Assembly (NCBI GenBank): GCA_001873435.1
Contig: MNZB01000002.1
Coordinates: 1,620 to 65,619 of the forward strand
Direction of reading: 5' to 3'
DNA: 64,000 nt
Source: Candidatus Pacebacteria bacterium CG2_30_36_39
GTDB taxonomy: Bacteria; Patescibacteriota; Microgenomatia; UBA1400; PJMF01
A program made the translations under genes and the position numbers. Positions 1 to 10,051 of this stretch are shown here, piece by piece. Every line of letters starts with the position of its first letter. The first letter of the stretch is position 1. Under the pieces are notes generated by a model. The model was not told the DNA's origin. It saw only the letters and a program-made list of their open reading frames with translations, and searched no databases.

Positions 1-259
1 TCGGAGTTTCAATAAAACTTCTTATGTTATCTGCTTTAGCTATCTGTTCACTTGCTTTTGTTGCTAATGAAAAAATTAATTCCAACTTATCTGCTTTTGT
101 ATCAATTTGTTCAACCAATTCTTTTCTTTCAATATCAATAAAAAATTCTTTTGCTTGAAAATATATTAAAACAGCAGCAATGGTACCAAGAGAAAAAATT
201 ACTGTAGCAGTTATTAACGCAGATCTTAAAAAAATACTTTTATAAACATTAAATTTCAT
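1..259 (-). CDS. Partial (5' end) membrane-anchored protein, possibly a sensor with an extracytoplasmic domain
   Basis: Manually translated from ATG at 259: MKFNVYKSIFLRSALITATVIFSLGTIAAVLIYFQAKEFFIDIERKELVEQIDTKADKLE... The frame is open to the window edge, with an N-terminal TM helix followed by a helical region. Confidence 0.6.
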   Translation of the reverse strand, partial: MKFNVYKSIFLRSALITATVIFSLGTIAAVLIYFQAKEFFIDIERKELVEQIDTKADKLELIFSLATKASEQIAKADNIRSFIETP

Positions 260-355
260 CAATATTTAGTTTAGCATTTTTCCATAATTAGATTTATAGC
301 CAAACAATTGAACTATGTATGCGTAAATAGATCATATGGTGTAAAATATGGGCAC

Positions 356-589
356 ATGTCTTTAGGTGACCAAGAAACACTAGCTCAAATTCGAGAAAAA
401 CATCCATACGCTCCTGTTTTTGGCATTGCATTATTCCAAGCTCTAATGAGACCTGGTCGCGCCGCATCAACTGAGTCAGCAACTAAAGAAGAAGCTGACG
501 CTGATACTCAAATGAAAAATGCTCTAACTGAATCAGGCGAAAACAGCATGTCACTAGCAGCTCGCTTGCTTCATATTCTTTCCAAATAA
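356..589 (+). CDS. Small hypothetical protein
   Basis: ORF track 308..589. ATG at 356 (MSLGDQ...) lies 8 nt after TAAAAT (342-347). No recognisable family. Confidence 0.45.
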   Translation: MSLGDQETLAQIREKHPYAPVFGIALFQALMRPGRAASTESATKEEADADTQMKNALTESGENSMSLAARLLHILSK

Positions 590-645
590 TTATCTACAAA
601 TAGCTCACTTGTGTTTCTTGAAAACTATATTCATAATGAGAGAAT

Positions 646-2859
646 ATGTCTCCAGAAATTTATCGCAAGGGTGTTTATCAAAAAAAGAGAAATACCGCTT
701 TACTAAGTCTAGTAGTACTACTAATTGTTTTAGTAGCTGGATTATCAGCTCTAATTTTCCTTAATGAAAATCAAGACTTACGTCAGCAAGCTTGGCTAGG
801 CAATAATGACGCCGGTGATTCTTGTGTTGGTGGCAACTGTGCTGCTGGCCTAGCTGATGGAGACTTATTTACATCTCCAAATAATGTATATCGAGTAAAC
901 CTAGCTAATTCTGGTTGGAAAATTGCTGAATTACCAGAAAAAGCAATGATTAAAAATCAAGAACCAGGATTTTTTGTTTTTCGCAATGAATTTGGTTTTG
1001 CCACTATTTTCTTAAACTCAGTTCCCCTTGATGATGATTTGGTTGGACAAGACATCCCAACCCTAGCAAATACTCTTGAAAAACAAATTACTTCCGAGAT
1101 TATTGGCAGTAATAATAAGTATTTGGGCAAAGAAATCATCAACGTTGGCGAGAGACTAACCATCCGCTATGATTTTCAAGAAACCATCCTTGGCAAACAA
1201 GCAACATATTATGAGTATGTTATTCCAAGCAAAAAAAGTTACATTGAAGCTGAAGTTCGTTCAACTCAAACCAACAATATTGATTTAAAAATTCAAAACT
1301 TTTTTAACCAAATCCAATTTGCAGCTGAAACAGGCGTAGTCAAAGGCGCCTCAACAGACAATCAGGTTGTATTTGCTGAATCAGAAATTGCTGAGCTAGT
1401 CAAACCTTCTGTAGCTCATATTTTATATGTCTACTGTAAAGAACTAAGAGTTGATCAATCTATTCCAGCAGTTTATTTACAGAAATCCTATCCTTTCTGT
1501 AATGGTAGCTATGGTTCTGGTTTTATAGTTGATGGCTCTGGCTTAGTAGCCACTAACGGCCACGTAGTAATGTCTTACCCAGAACAAGACCTCATTGGAG
1601 GATTAAATAGTGGTGATCAAGCTATTGCTACTTTTGTAGTAGATTTTGTTCGAGAAGCTTTAGCAGGTCAAGGATATAACACCACTCCAGAAGAAGGATT
1701 AGCTTTAACAATAAACATGATGCAGAACCCATCTGGAGTTCAAGTGATGGTAAAGTCACTTTACGATTTACTCGACCAAAAAGTAATTCAAGTAGTTCCT
1801 ACAGCAGAAAAATACTATGTAAATCTTGGTACTGAGCCATTCGAATTCTCACAAACTCTGCCAAGCCCAAGTAATATCAGTAGCTTTGTGACAGATAAAG
1901 AAGCTTTGTTTACAGCTGAAAAAGTTGGCGCAGATTATGCCAACATGTTCTCCAAGGGAGTAGTATTTAATCAAGAAAAACCAATCGGCTCTGATGTAGC
2001 TTTATTACGTTTAAATGCTGATAAAGGTTATACCTTTCCAAGTTTAAAAATTAGTAATGCTAGTAGCATGAAAGAAGGAGAAGCAATCCTAGTTTTAGGT
2101 TATCCAGGAGTGGTTAGCGGCTCTGACTCTGGCCCATTATTGGATTACAGCACCTCCAGTACAAAAGTCACTGTTACTAGAGGAATAATTAGTGCTCTTA
2201 AAAAAGATTCGCAAGGAAATACCTTAGTTCAAACCGATGCAACCATTGGTCATGGCAATAGCGGTGGACCAGCATTTAACTCCGCTGGAGAAGTAATTGG
2301 CATCGCTACTTATGGTATGGGAGATGAGGTTGGTAGTTTTAATTTTCTAAGAGATGTTGCTGATCTAATTAGATTGGCTGAAACACAAAAATTAACCTTA
2401 ACTGGCTCTGCCAGCGAAACATACCAAAACTGGGAAACAGCTCTTGGGTATTATTGGCAAGATCGTTATACCAAAGCTCTTAGTTATCTAAATAAGGTTG
2501 AAACCTCTTATCCAGTCCATCCAACTGCCAAAGATGTTGAAGCTGAGGCTAAACAAGCTATAGAACAAGGAAAAGATATTGATTTATTATTTGGTATGCA
2601 AAAAACTACTGTTTATGCAATTGGTGGTTTAATTAGTCTTATAGCTATAGCTGGATTAGTGTTTGTTATTTTGAATAAAAAGAAAAAAAGTGCTATGGTT
2701 TTGACCATGCCACCAGCAGCCCCAGTTGTTGAGGCTCCAGTGGCTCCAATTCAAGCTCAAGAAACAGTTGTTACCCCAGTTGTTCCAACTCAATCAATTG
2801 AGGCTCAACCACTACCACCAGAGCAAGGTGATCCAAACCCACCAATAATAAATCAATAG
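646..2859 (+). CDS. Membrane-anchored trypsin-like (S1C/HtrA-like) serine protease without PDZ domain
   Basis: Catalytic motifs ATNGHVV, GSDVALL and GHGNSGGP. N-terminal and C-terminal TM helices and a Pro/Val-rich cytoplasmic tail. Confidence 0.85.
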   Translation: MSPEIYRKGVYQKKRNTALLSLVVLLIVLVAGLSALIFLNENQDLRQQAWLGNNDAGDSCVGGNCAAGLADGDLFTSPNNVYRVNLANSGWKIAELPEKAMIKNQEPGFFVFRNEFGFATIFLNSVPLDDDLVGQDIPTLANTLEKQITSEIIGSNNKYLGKEIINVGERLTIRYDFQETILGKQATYYEYVIPSKKSYIEAEVRSTQTNNIDLKIQNFFNQIQFAAETGVVKGASTDNQVVFAESEIAELVKPSVAHILYVYCKELRVDQSIPAVYLQKSYPFCNGSYGSGFIVDGSGLVATNGHVVMSYPEQDLIGGLNSGDQAIATFVVDFVREALAGQGYNTTPEEGLALTINMMQNPSGVQVMVKSLYDLLDQKVIQVVPTAEKYYVNLGTEPFEFSQTLPSPSNISSFVTDKEALFTAEKVGADYANMFSKGVVFNQEKPIGSDVALLRLNADKGYTFPSLKISNASSMKEGEAILVLGYPGVVSGSDSGPLLDYSTSSTKVTVTRGIISALKKDSQGNTLVQTDATIGHGNSGGPAFNSAGEVIGIATYGMGDEVGSFNFLRDVADLIRLAETQKLTLTGSASETYQNWETALGYYWQDRYTKALSYLNKVETSYPVHPTAKDVEAEAKQAIEQGKDIDLLFGMQKTTVYAIGGLISLIAIAGLVFVILNKKKKSAMVLTMPPAAPVVEAPVAPIQAQETVVTPVVPTQSIEAQPLPPEQGDPNPPIINQ

Positions 2860-3797
2860 CTAAAGATTTGATAGCTTTCTTGAGAAATTTTGCCAATGAT
2901 TTCTTCTTGTGCCTGGATATCTTTCCCGATTGTCATTACACACAGAAGATAAGGGTTTTTTGTATAAATAATGCCACAATCATGTAATTGTGTGGCTTCA
3001 TCTCCTTCATATTTTCTAATGCCATATTTGTGAGCAACCACTAAGTTTTTTGGTAGATGTTTTAGCAAAGCATTTTCATATTTAGAATTGCTCATGATTG
3101 ACAAAGCTTTTTCTGACATAGCTGGGTTTAAAAATTCTGAATTATAAAGAATACGGAAAACCGCTGAATAACGATCAATGGTGATAATATCTGAAATATT
3201 ATCAAACCCAAGCAACTTATGAGTTTCTTCAATATTTGGACTTAGACCGATCTCATTTTCTGAGGCTTGTAGTAAAAGCTTTGCTACATTATCAGATTCC
3301 TGAATCATTAATTTAAGCAAATATTCAACAGTATAGCTTTGTCCTATGACTAGAGATTGATCAAAGCTTGAATCATAGTTTAAATCCTTGCCAAAAGCCT
3401 CTTCATATACAATTTCTTTTTGCAGAATTTCTGGATTATTTTCTGCTGTCTTTAAATAGGCAATGAGAATGGGAACTTTAAGCAGACTAGCTCCATCAAA
3501 TAATCCAAGAGGATTAATGGTTAGCCATGGTCCATTATTTAGATCTCTGAAATATAGTGAAATTTCTATATCTGTATTTTCAGTTGCAATTTGTTGAGCA
3601 ACTGCTTGAAACCTATTTGTTTTTTCTTGTATTCCTTGATTTTTATTATAATTTTTTGAAATTAATGAAAAACCAGAATCATTGGTTTTTTCATTTATTT
3701 GACTATCAACATAAACATTGATTGAGCCTTTATTAAATATATAAAAAGTACTCCAACCTAATAAAAAGAATATAAGAAAATGTATGAATTTTTTCGT
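2853..3797 (-). CDS. Class A beta-lactamase-like serine hydrolase (Beta-lactamase2 family), about 314 aa, apparent start codon ACG
   Basis: The frame of the track ORF 2853..3320 stays open to 3806. The extension contains a signal/TM segment (KKFIHFLIFFLLGW) and SxxK (GASLLK). SDN (ESDN) and HKYG (KTG-equivalent) lie in the annotated part. Confidence 0.8.
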   Translation of the reverse strand, partial: TKKFIHFLIFFLLGWSTFYIFNKGSINVYVDSQINEKTNDSGFSLISKNYNKNQGIQEKTNRFQAVAQQIATENTDIEISLYFRDLNNGPWLTINPLGLFDGASLLKVPILIAYLKTAENNPEILQKEIVYEEAFGKDLNYDSSFDQSLVIGQSYTVEYLLKLMIQESDNVAKLLLQASENEIGLSPNIEETHKLLGFDNISDIITIDRYSAVFRILYNSEFLNPAMSEKALSIMSNSKYENALLKHLPKNLVVAHKYGIRKYEGDEATQLHDCGIIYTKNPYLLCVMTIGKDIQAQEEIIGKISQESYQIFSY

Positions 3798-3803
3798 ACT
3801 TTG

Positions 3804-3832
3804 AATCTATTGCCTCTTAGGCTTATTGTCAA
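3804..3832 (-). promoter_or_regulatory. Sigma70-type promoter of the beta-lactamase-like gene
   Basis: Minus strand TTGACA (3832-3827), 17-nt spacer, TAGATT (3809-3804), 6 nt, then ACG AAA AAA. Confidence 0.7.
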
Positions 3833-3888
3833 GTGACCTAAAATAAGTTGCCCAGGCAAAAAGTTGACATCTTTGAAATAATACAGTG

Positions 3889-4800
3889 ATGAAAAAAATA
3901 ATTAGTCTAATCGGTGTTGCTTTGTTGATTGTAATTATTTCAGTACTTTTTAACGCATTTAGTTTTACAAACCACAAACAAGACAATCGTTTGAAGATTT
4001 TGGTAACTATCCCAGCTGAGAAGTATTTAATTGAACAAATAGCTGGCCAAAATGTAGCCATCCATGTTTTAGTACCACCTGGCTATAGTCCAGAAACATA
4101 TGAACCAACTCCACAAGATATACAGGCAATTAGCAAGGCCAATGTTTATTACATTGAAGGTTTATTAGCTTATGAAATTACAAATTTAGCAAAAATTAAA
4201 GAGATAAATCCTAATTTAAAAATAGTGAATATTTCAGATGGAATTGAGTACTTGCCTTTGGTTGATCAAGATCATTTGACCGAAAGTCAAAGAAAAAATC
4301 CAGATGAAATTAAAGACCCTCATGTTTGGTTGTCTCCTAAAAATCTAAAGATTCAGGCCAAAAATTTAACCAAATCCTTGATTGATTTAATGCCTGGAAA
4401 TGCCAGCAACTTGGTAAAGAACGAACAATTATTAATAGAAAAATTAAGTAATTTAGATGAATCATTAAAAACAACTCTTAAGCCATTGAATGGCAAAAGC
4501 ATTTTAGTTTATCACCCAGCATTTGGATATTTTTGTAGTGAATATGGTTTAACTCAAAAACATATTGAAATTGAAGGTAGAGAGCCTTCTATAGCTGAAG
4601 TAACCAAAATAGTTGAGGAAGCTAAAAAAGATAATATTAAAGTTATATTTATCCAGGAACAGCTATCTCAAACAACAGCTCGTTCAATAGCCAAAGAGTT
4701 GGGTGGGGCAGTTGTACCACTTGATCCATTGGCAGAAGACATTGTTTCTAATTTACAAAAAATTGCTGATATCCTAAGTCAAGAATTAGTAAAAGAATAA
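3889..4800 (+). CDS. znuA: Zn/Mn ABC transporter substrate-binding protein
   Basis: Cluster A-I SBP motifs SPETYEPTP, DPHVWLSP, YHPAFGYF and LDPL. First gene of an SBP-ATPase-permease operon. Confidence 0.9.
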   Translation: MKKIISLIGVALLIVIISVLFNAFSFTNHKQDNRLKILVTIPAEKYLIEQIAGQNVAIHVLVPPGYSPETYEPTPQDIQAISKANVYYIEGLLAYEITNLAKIKEINPNLKIVNISDGIEYLPLVDQDHLTESQRKNPDEIKDPHVWLSPKNLKIQAKNLTKSLIDLMPGNASNLVKNEQLLIEKLSNLDESLKTTLKPLNGKSILVYHPAFGYFCSEYGLTQKHIEIEGREPSIAEVTKIVEEAKKDNIKVIFIQEQLSQTTARSIAKELGGAVVPLDPLAEDIVSNLQKIADILSQELVKE

Positions 4801-4807
4801 ATAAAAC

Positions 4808-5563
4808 ATGAATTCTTTAGTAAATATCAATCAGCTTAAAATACGTTATCAAGACCAAAGCAATTTTGTAATCAATGGTATTACCCTAGCAATTCCAAAA
4901 GGAGAAATTACTGCTTTGATTGGACCAAATGGATCTGGAAAATCAAGTTTTATCAAAGCTATCTTGGGCTTAATCCCATTTACTGGAACAATTGATTTCA
5001 ATTGGGAGGAAAATAAACATCTTGATAGCAGCATTGGCTATCTTCCTCAACGTTTTAGTATCGAGCATAATTTTCCTTTAACTGTAGAAGAATTTATGGG
5101 ATTAGCATTAGTTGAGTGTAGCCATACCACGGGAGAAAAAAATATTTTTATTGATGGTTCATTAACTAAAGTTAATCTCTTTGAGAAAAAAAAATCTTTA
5201 CTAACAGATCTTTCTGGAGGACAACTACAACGAATATTATTGGCCAGAGCTTTAGTCCATCAACCCAAATTATTAGTTTTGGACGAACCTGAGGCTGGCA
5301 TAGATTTGCATGCAGAAGAAAGTCTTTATCTTTTATTAAAAGATTTGGTAGTAAATAATGGCATGACTATTTTGATAGCTAGTCATGAATTACATATTTT
5401 GCCAGAATTTGCCAACAATGTTATTTGCTTCCATCAGGGAAGCGTTTGTCAGGGAAAACCAGAGCATGTCATGAGTTCTGATTTATTTAAGAAAGTCTAT
5501 GGAGAGTCAATTTCTTTACATGACCATGGGCATCATAAAAATTTAAAAGGAGTTAAATCATGA
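4808..5563 (+). CDS. znuC: Zn/Mn ABC transporter ATP-binding protein
   Basis: Walker A GPNGSGKS, signature LSGGQLQR, LLVLDEP and a His-rich C-terminus. Confidence 0.9.
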   Translation: MNSLVNINQLKIRYQDQSNFVINGITLAIPKGEITALIGPNGSGKSSFIKAILGLIPFTGTIDFNWEENKHLDSSIGYLPQRFSIEHNFPLTVEEFMGLALVECSHTTGEKNIFIDGSLTKVNLFEKKKSLLTDLSGGQLQRILLARALVHQPKLLVLDEPEAGIDLHAEESLYLLLKDLVVNNGMTILIASHELHILPEFANNVICFHQGSVCQGKPEHVMSSDLFKKVYGESISLHDHGHHKNLKGVKS

Positions 5564-6372
5564 ATTTAATTTTATGGTTTAGCTATCCATTTGTGCAAAA
5601 AGCATTCATAGCTGGGGTGATGTTGGCCGTGATCGCTGGAATTTTGGGTGTTTTAATGCAAATTAGGCGCAGTACCTTCTTTGGAGAGGCAATTGCTCAT
5701 TCAGCCTTAGCTGGGGTGGCATTAGCATTTTTGTGGGGAATAAATCCTTTAATTGGCGCTTTGGTTTATGCTGGTTTATTTTCAATGGCAATACCTGTTT
5801 TACAAAAAACTTCTAAACTATCAACAGACACTATTCTTGGTATTCTTTTTCCATTTTCAATGGGCTTGGGAGTAATTGTTTTCTCTCTCCTTCCAGCAGC
5901 TCAGCCACAATTAATGAGTTATTTATTTGGCAATATGTTAATGATAAATATTTCAGATTTATGGATACTGCTTGTAATACTTTTGTTATTGCTTTTACTT
6001 TTAACTTTATATTTCAAACAATGGCTATTGATTTCGCTAGATAGAGAATATGCTCAATTATTAAAAATTAAAGTTGGTACTCATGATCTGCTTTACCATA
6101 TATTTTTGGCTTTAGTAGTCATTATTGGGGTGCGTTTGGTAGGAGTAATTTTGGTAACTACTTTATTAGTGGTTCCAGTTAGTATTGCTAGATTATTTGC
6201 TAAATCAGCAAAGCAGGTATTTATTCTTTCACCAATTATTGGAATATTTATTATGGTTTTTGGTTTAATGTTGTCAATTTTATTAAATGCACCAACTGGA
6301 GCAAGCATTGCAGTATTTGCTGGCTTGGCATTTTTCTTAACTTTATTATTATCGTTATTGAAAAATAAATAA
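5560..6372 (+). CDS. znuB: Zn/Mn ABC transporter permease
   Basis: ABC-3 motifs GEAIAHSALAG and SYLFG. ATGA overlap with the ATPase gene. Confidence 0.9.
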   Translation: MNLILWFSYPFVQKAFIAGVMLAVIAGILGVLMQIRRSTFFGEAIAHSALAGVALAFLWGINPLIGALVYAGLFSMAIPVLQKTSKLSTDTILGILFPFSMGLGVIVFSLLPAAQPQLMSYLFGNMLMINISDLWILLVILLLLLLLLTLYFKQWLLISLDREYAQLLKIKVGTHDLLYHIFLALVVIIGVRLVGVILVTTLLVVPVSIARLFAKSAKQVFILSPIIGIFIMVFGLMLSILLNAPTGASIAVFAGLAFFLTLLLSLLKNK

Positions 6373-6373
6373 A

Positions 6374-7624
6374 CTATTTTTTAATTGAATCCCAGGTGTT
6401 GATTTCTTGTTGAGGTAAAGTAATTTTTTTATTACTAAACAAGATAATTATCATGGCATTTATTCCTATTAAACAGCCAATGAAAGAGAAAGTTGTTTGT
6501 TCACCAAAATTTTGACTTAGGAATCCAGCTAAAATTGGTCCAATAATATATGCCAAGCTAAAAGTTGAAGAAGCAAGTCCAATTAGGTGTTTGCTATGAA
6601 AACCCATTCTTTCTTGCAGTTCTGAATATAGTCCTTCAATAATTGGGAGGGCTAGTGCAATAGAAGCACCAATGGCAAAGGTAGCAACTAGAATTCCAGC
6701 TCCAATTGGAAGTTTTCCAAAAATAAGTAAAATAAAACCGGCAAATAATAATAAACTAGCTGCTTTTTTTTCTTTAGCAGCTGCTACCCCTCGTTTCATC
6801 ATAATGACTTGAGAAATTAACATTGGAGCAACATAGAGTGGCAAAAGAAATACTCCATAGGAATAAATTTGACTAATTGTTTCAGCAAAAACAGTTCCAC
6901 TGGTCCAAAAAGTTGCATCTGTCAAACTAATAGAGAAACTTAAAAGAATAATCGGCCAAGTATTTTTTAATAAAATACGCCAATGATCAATTTCTATTTT
7001 TGGTTTAATAACTGATTTTAAAGCTATATCAGTTTTTTTCTTTTGATCAGTAAAGAAAGTTAATAATAATTGACTAATAACGACAGTAAATAAACTGAGT
7101 AGTAATACATGAGAATTATTTTTAACAACTAATATGCCAGCAATTATTGGTCCTAATAAATAGGCGAAGCTTTTGCCAAAATCCAGTCCAGCCCAAGCAT
7201 TGGTGTAAAGAGGCTTTTTTATGTGATCAGTCACATAAATTTTATTAGCAAAAGAAACAAATTCAAAATATACTCCCCAGGCGGCAACAGCTAAGACAAA
7301 AATCCAGATATTTGGAAAGCTAAAAGTGAGGAAGAGTAGGCCGATGAAAACTGCTTGAAAAAATAAGGTTAAATTAAGAGTTTTTTTCTCGCCTAAATCT
7401 GGAAAAAGCTGAGGAAAAAAGAAATCAACAAATAATCCCACCATAGATGAAACACTCATTATCAAACCCATAACCAATGCACTTGAGAAAGTTCTTTGTA
7501 AATAAGTTGGCAACCAAAATGTTAATAGCGCATCACCAAAAAAAATAGTAGTAACAATTAAGATATAGTGAAATAATTTTTGTGTTGATGATCGGTGGCT
7601 GATTAAAAAAGTATGTTTAAGCAT
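6374..7624 (-). CDS. MFS transporter
   Basis: About 12 hydrophobic helices in two halves, each with a GPI(I/L)AG motif. Confidence 0.8.
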   Translation of the reverse strand: MLKHTFLISHRSSTQKLFHYILIVTTIFFGDALLTFWLPTYLQRTFSSALVMGLIMSVSSMVGLFVDFFFPQLFPDLGEKKTLNLTLFFQAVFIGLLFLTFSFPNIWIFVLAVAAWGVYFEFVSFANKIYVTDHIKKPLYTNAWAGLDFGKSFAYLLGPIIAGILVVKNNSHVLLLSLFTVVISQLLLTFFTDQKKKTDIALKSVIKPKIEIDHWRILLKNTWPIILLSFSISLTDATFWTSGTVFAETISQIYSYGVFLLPLYVAPMLISQVIMMKRGVAAAKEKKAASLLLFAGFILLIFGKLPIGAGILVATFAIGASIALALPIIEGLYSELQERMGFHSKHLIGLASSTFSLAYIIGPILAGFLSQNFGEQTTFSFIGCLIGINAMIIILFSNKKITLPQQEINTWDSIKK

Positions 7625-7634
7625 GGCTTTTTAT

Positions 7635-8717
7635 TTAATTGGCTTTTTCAATTTGTTGTTGAATATAAACATGGACCTCTTCCCAAGAATTTCTTGGTGT
7701 AATAATGTAAGCTCCTTGATTTGATTTTCCACTAGTAAATACATTCTCCGTTGAAAGAGTAATTGGCACAAGCACATATTCACGAGTAGCTTTTAGCAAA
7801 GGCCAAAGATATTCGGCTATTTCTGCATTAAGATCTGTTTTGGTATGAGTTGCAAATTCCCTGAAAACTGCTGGAATATTATCAATACCCTCAAGAGAAA
7901 AAAGTTTTTCTTTAATAGCCAATAAAACCTCATGTTGCCTTTTGGAACGTGAAAAATCTCCACCGACTGATCCGTGTCTTGATCTAACAAATTTTAGAGC
8001 ATCTCCTCCTTCCATATGAACTGTTCCCGCAGGGTAATATAAGTGTTCGTAGCGACAAGTAAATTGTTTTTCCAATTCAAATCCTGAAAAATTTGCACTT
8101 AGTTGAGCAACTTCTTCAGCTGTCTTACCACAGGTATTTAATTCTTCACCTTTTATGGGATACCAAGAATCATCTAGTATCTCGCTAACCTCAACATCTA
8201 TTCCACCTAGCTCTTGTCCGATAATTCGTTGGAAGCCAACAAAATCTACGGCTATGTAGTAATCAATTGGGAAGCCAATAATAGTGCCTGCCATTGTTCG
8301 GCTAATAGTAGCTTTTTCATCATTTTTTTGTTGATCTATGTTATAGGCAGCGTTTATTTTGTTTTCTGTTCCTCCTGAAATAGCTACCCACAAGTCTCTA
8401 GGTATGGAAATTAAAGCTACTTTTTTTGTTTCAAAATTCATATGCACAACTTGAATAACATCAGACAAAAAACCACCCTGATGTCCAGCTCCACCATATC
8501 CAAGTAATAATATGGTTAGAGTTTTTTTATCTTTAATATCTTTATTTTCTGTTGGTAAAGAAAAACTAGGTAAGAAACTTTGTAGATTTTTTTTATCAGT
8601 ATTTTTTAAACCAAACTGATAAGTAATGATTGCGGTAGAAGCAATAATTCCTAAAACCACTCCCCAAAGCCATTTTCTGGTTTTGAAGATAAATACTAAT
8701 TGTTGGAAAATGCCCAT
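7635..8717 (-). CDS. LCP (LytR-CpsA-Psr) family glycopolymer transferase
   Basis: N-terminal TM plus the motifs ILLLG, SDVI, ISIPRDLW, KINAAY, FVRSRH and DFSRSKRQ. Confidence 0.9.
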   Translation of the reverse strand: MGIFQQLVFIFKTRKWLWGVVLGIIASTAIITYQFGLKNTDKKNLQSFLPSFSLPTENKDIKDKKTLTILLLGYGGAGHQGGFLSDVIQVVHMNFETKKVALISIPRDLWVAISGGTENKINAAYNIDQQKNDEKATISRTMAGTIIGFPIDYYIAVDFVGFQRIIGQELGGIDVEVSEILDDSWYPIKGEELNTCGKTAEEVAQLSANFSGFELEKQFTCRYEHLYYPAGTVHMEGGDALKFVRSRHGSVGGDFSRSKRQHEVLLAIKEKLFSLEGIDNIPAVFREFATHTKTDLNAEIAEYLWPLLKATREYVLVPITLSTENVFTSGKSNQGAYIITPRNSWEEVHVYIQQQIEKAN

Positions 8718-8720
8718 GAT

Positions 8721-10049
8721 TTATTTTAGATATCTAAGCCAAATGATGCCAAAGGCAATTAGACTATTAATAATTACTAATGGTAGAGCTAATAATAAAT
8801 ATTTTCCGAATTGAACATGAATTTTTTCCTTTTCAGCTTGACCAAGAGCAATAACATTACAGGCAGCAGCAATTGGAGATCCAGCACCACCAATGGAAGT
8901 GCCCAAGTTTAAGCCCCACCAAAGAGGATAAACAAAAATCCCTGCTTTTTCCATAGTTTGAATTGCTCCAACCATGGTAATGTTGTAGGGAACGTTATCA
9001 ATAAAAGTTGATAGAACTGCTGATCCACCAGTAATTAAAAATAATAAATAATCCATATTGCCCTTGGTAATATAGACCAAGCTTTCTCCTAATTTCTCAA
9101 TTACATGGGTGAAATCGAGGGCGCCTACAACTATAAATAGTCCTGAGAAAAAGAAGAGAATTTCCCAATCAATTAAGTCTCTAAAAATATTTCTTGGCTC
9201 TTTGTGTAAGAGTAACATGAGGATAAAAGAAGCTCCAATTGTTAAAGTTGCGTTATCAAGAGTTATGCCTGTTTTTTTGGCAATAAATTCTTTACCCACC
9301 ATTAGGGTGATTACTAGAAACATCATTGGTACACCTAGCCACATAATATCTTTATGTTTTAGAGCTGCTAATGGTTTAAACATTTCTACGTCTTCTTTTT
9401 TAACAGTTACTGCAGAAAGTTGTTTACGGAAGACAATTAGCATGTACAAGATGGTAACTACAGAAAGAAGTAAAACAATGAATCCTGAGTTGGCAATGAC
9501 TTCTCCGAATCCCAAACCAACTGTTTTGGTTTGATAATAGGTTGTTGGATCTGAAATAGGGGTCATGGCTCCACCAATATTTGCCATTACGATAATCGTG
9601 AATAAATAAGGAAATGCTGGTAAATTTAATTCTTTAACTAAGACAAGAATAATTGGAGTAACTATTAATATGGTTGGAATATTGGAAAATAAAGCAGTCA
9701 TAAACAAGGTTAAATAGCCAAGGACTACTAATAGCCAGCGAGGATTTCCCTTAACAAGCTTTACCAACCAGATAGCCAAAGCTTCAAATATGCCAGATTC
9801 TTTGACAATGCCAACCAGAACCATCATGCCAATAACAAATCCCAAAATATCTAAATTATGGCTAATGAAAGTGAGCGCATTTTCTTGTGAGCTGTGATCT
9901 GATGTTTTGAAGATTTGGGCCAAAATTAAAAATACTCCTCCAAGAGTTGCGACAATTACTTTATTTAGTTTTTCTGTAATTAAGAAGAAATAAACAATTG
10001 CTAGAACAACTAAAGAAAGGATAGCTGAAAAAGTCAAGCCTATTTCCAT
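8721..10049 (-). CDS. ArsB/NhaD (IT superfamily) ion transporter
   Basis: Motifs ANIGGAMTPISDP, DWEILFFFSGLFIVVG, STFIDNVPY and GTSIGGAGSPIAAACN. Confidence 0.85.
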   Translation of the reverse strand: MEIGLTFSAILSLVVLAIVYFFLITEKLNKVIVATLGGVFLILAQIFKTSDHSSQENALTFISHNLDILGFVIGMMVLVGIVKESGIFEALAIWLVKLVKGNPRWLLVVLGYLTLFMTALFSNIPTILIVTPIILVLVKELNLPAFPYLFTIIVMANIGGAMTPISDPTTYYQTKTVGLGFGEVIANSGFIVLLLSVVTILYMLIVFRKQLSAVTVKKEDVEMFKPLAALKHKDIMWLGVPMMFLVITLMVGKEFIAKKTGITLDNATLTIGASFILMLLLHKEPRNIFRDLIDWEILFFFSGLFIVVGALDFTHVIEKLGESLVYITKGNMDYLLFLITGGSAVLSTFIDNVPYNITMVGAIQTMEKAGIFVYPLWWGLNLGTSIGGAGSPIAAACNVIALGQAEKEKIHVQFGKYLLLALPLVIINSLIAFGIIWLRYLK

Positions 10050-10051
10050 AG

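Noticed and set aside
2853-3320. Truncated beta-lactamase pseudogene, as implied by the ORF track
   Set aside because: There is no stop or frameshift; the frame continues to 3806 and supplies the SxxK motif and signal anchor. Only the start codon is atypical.
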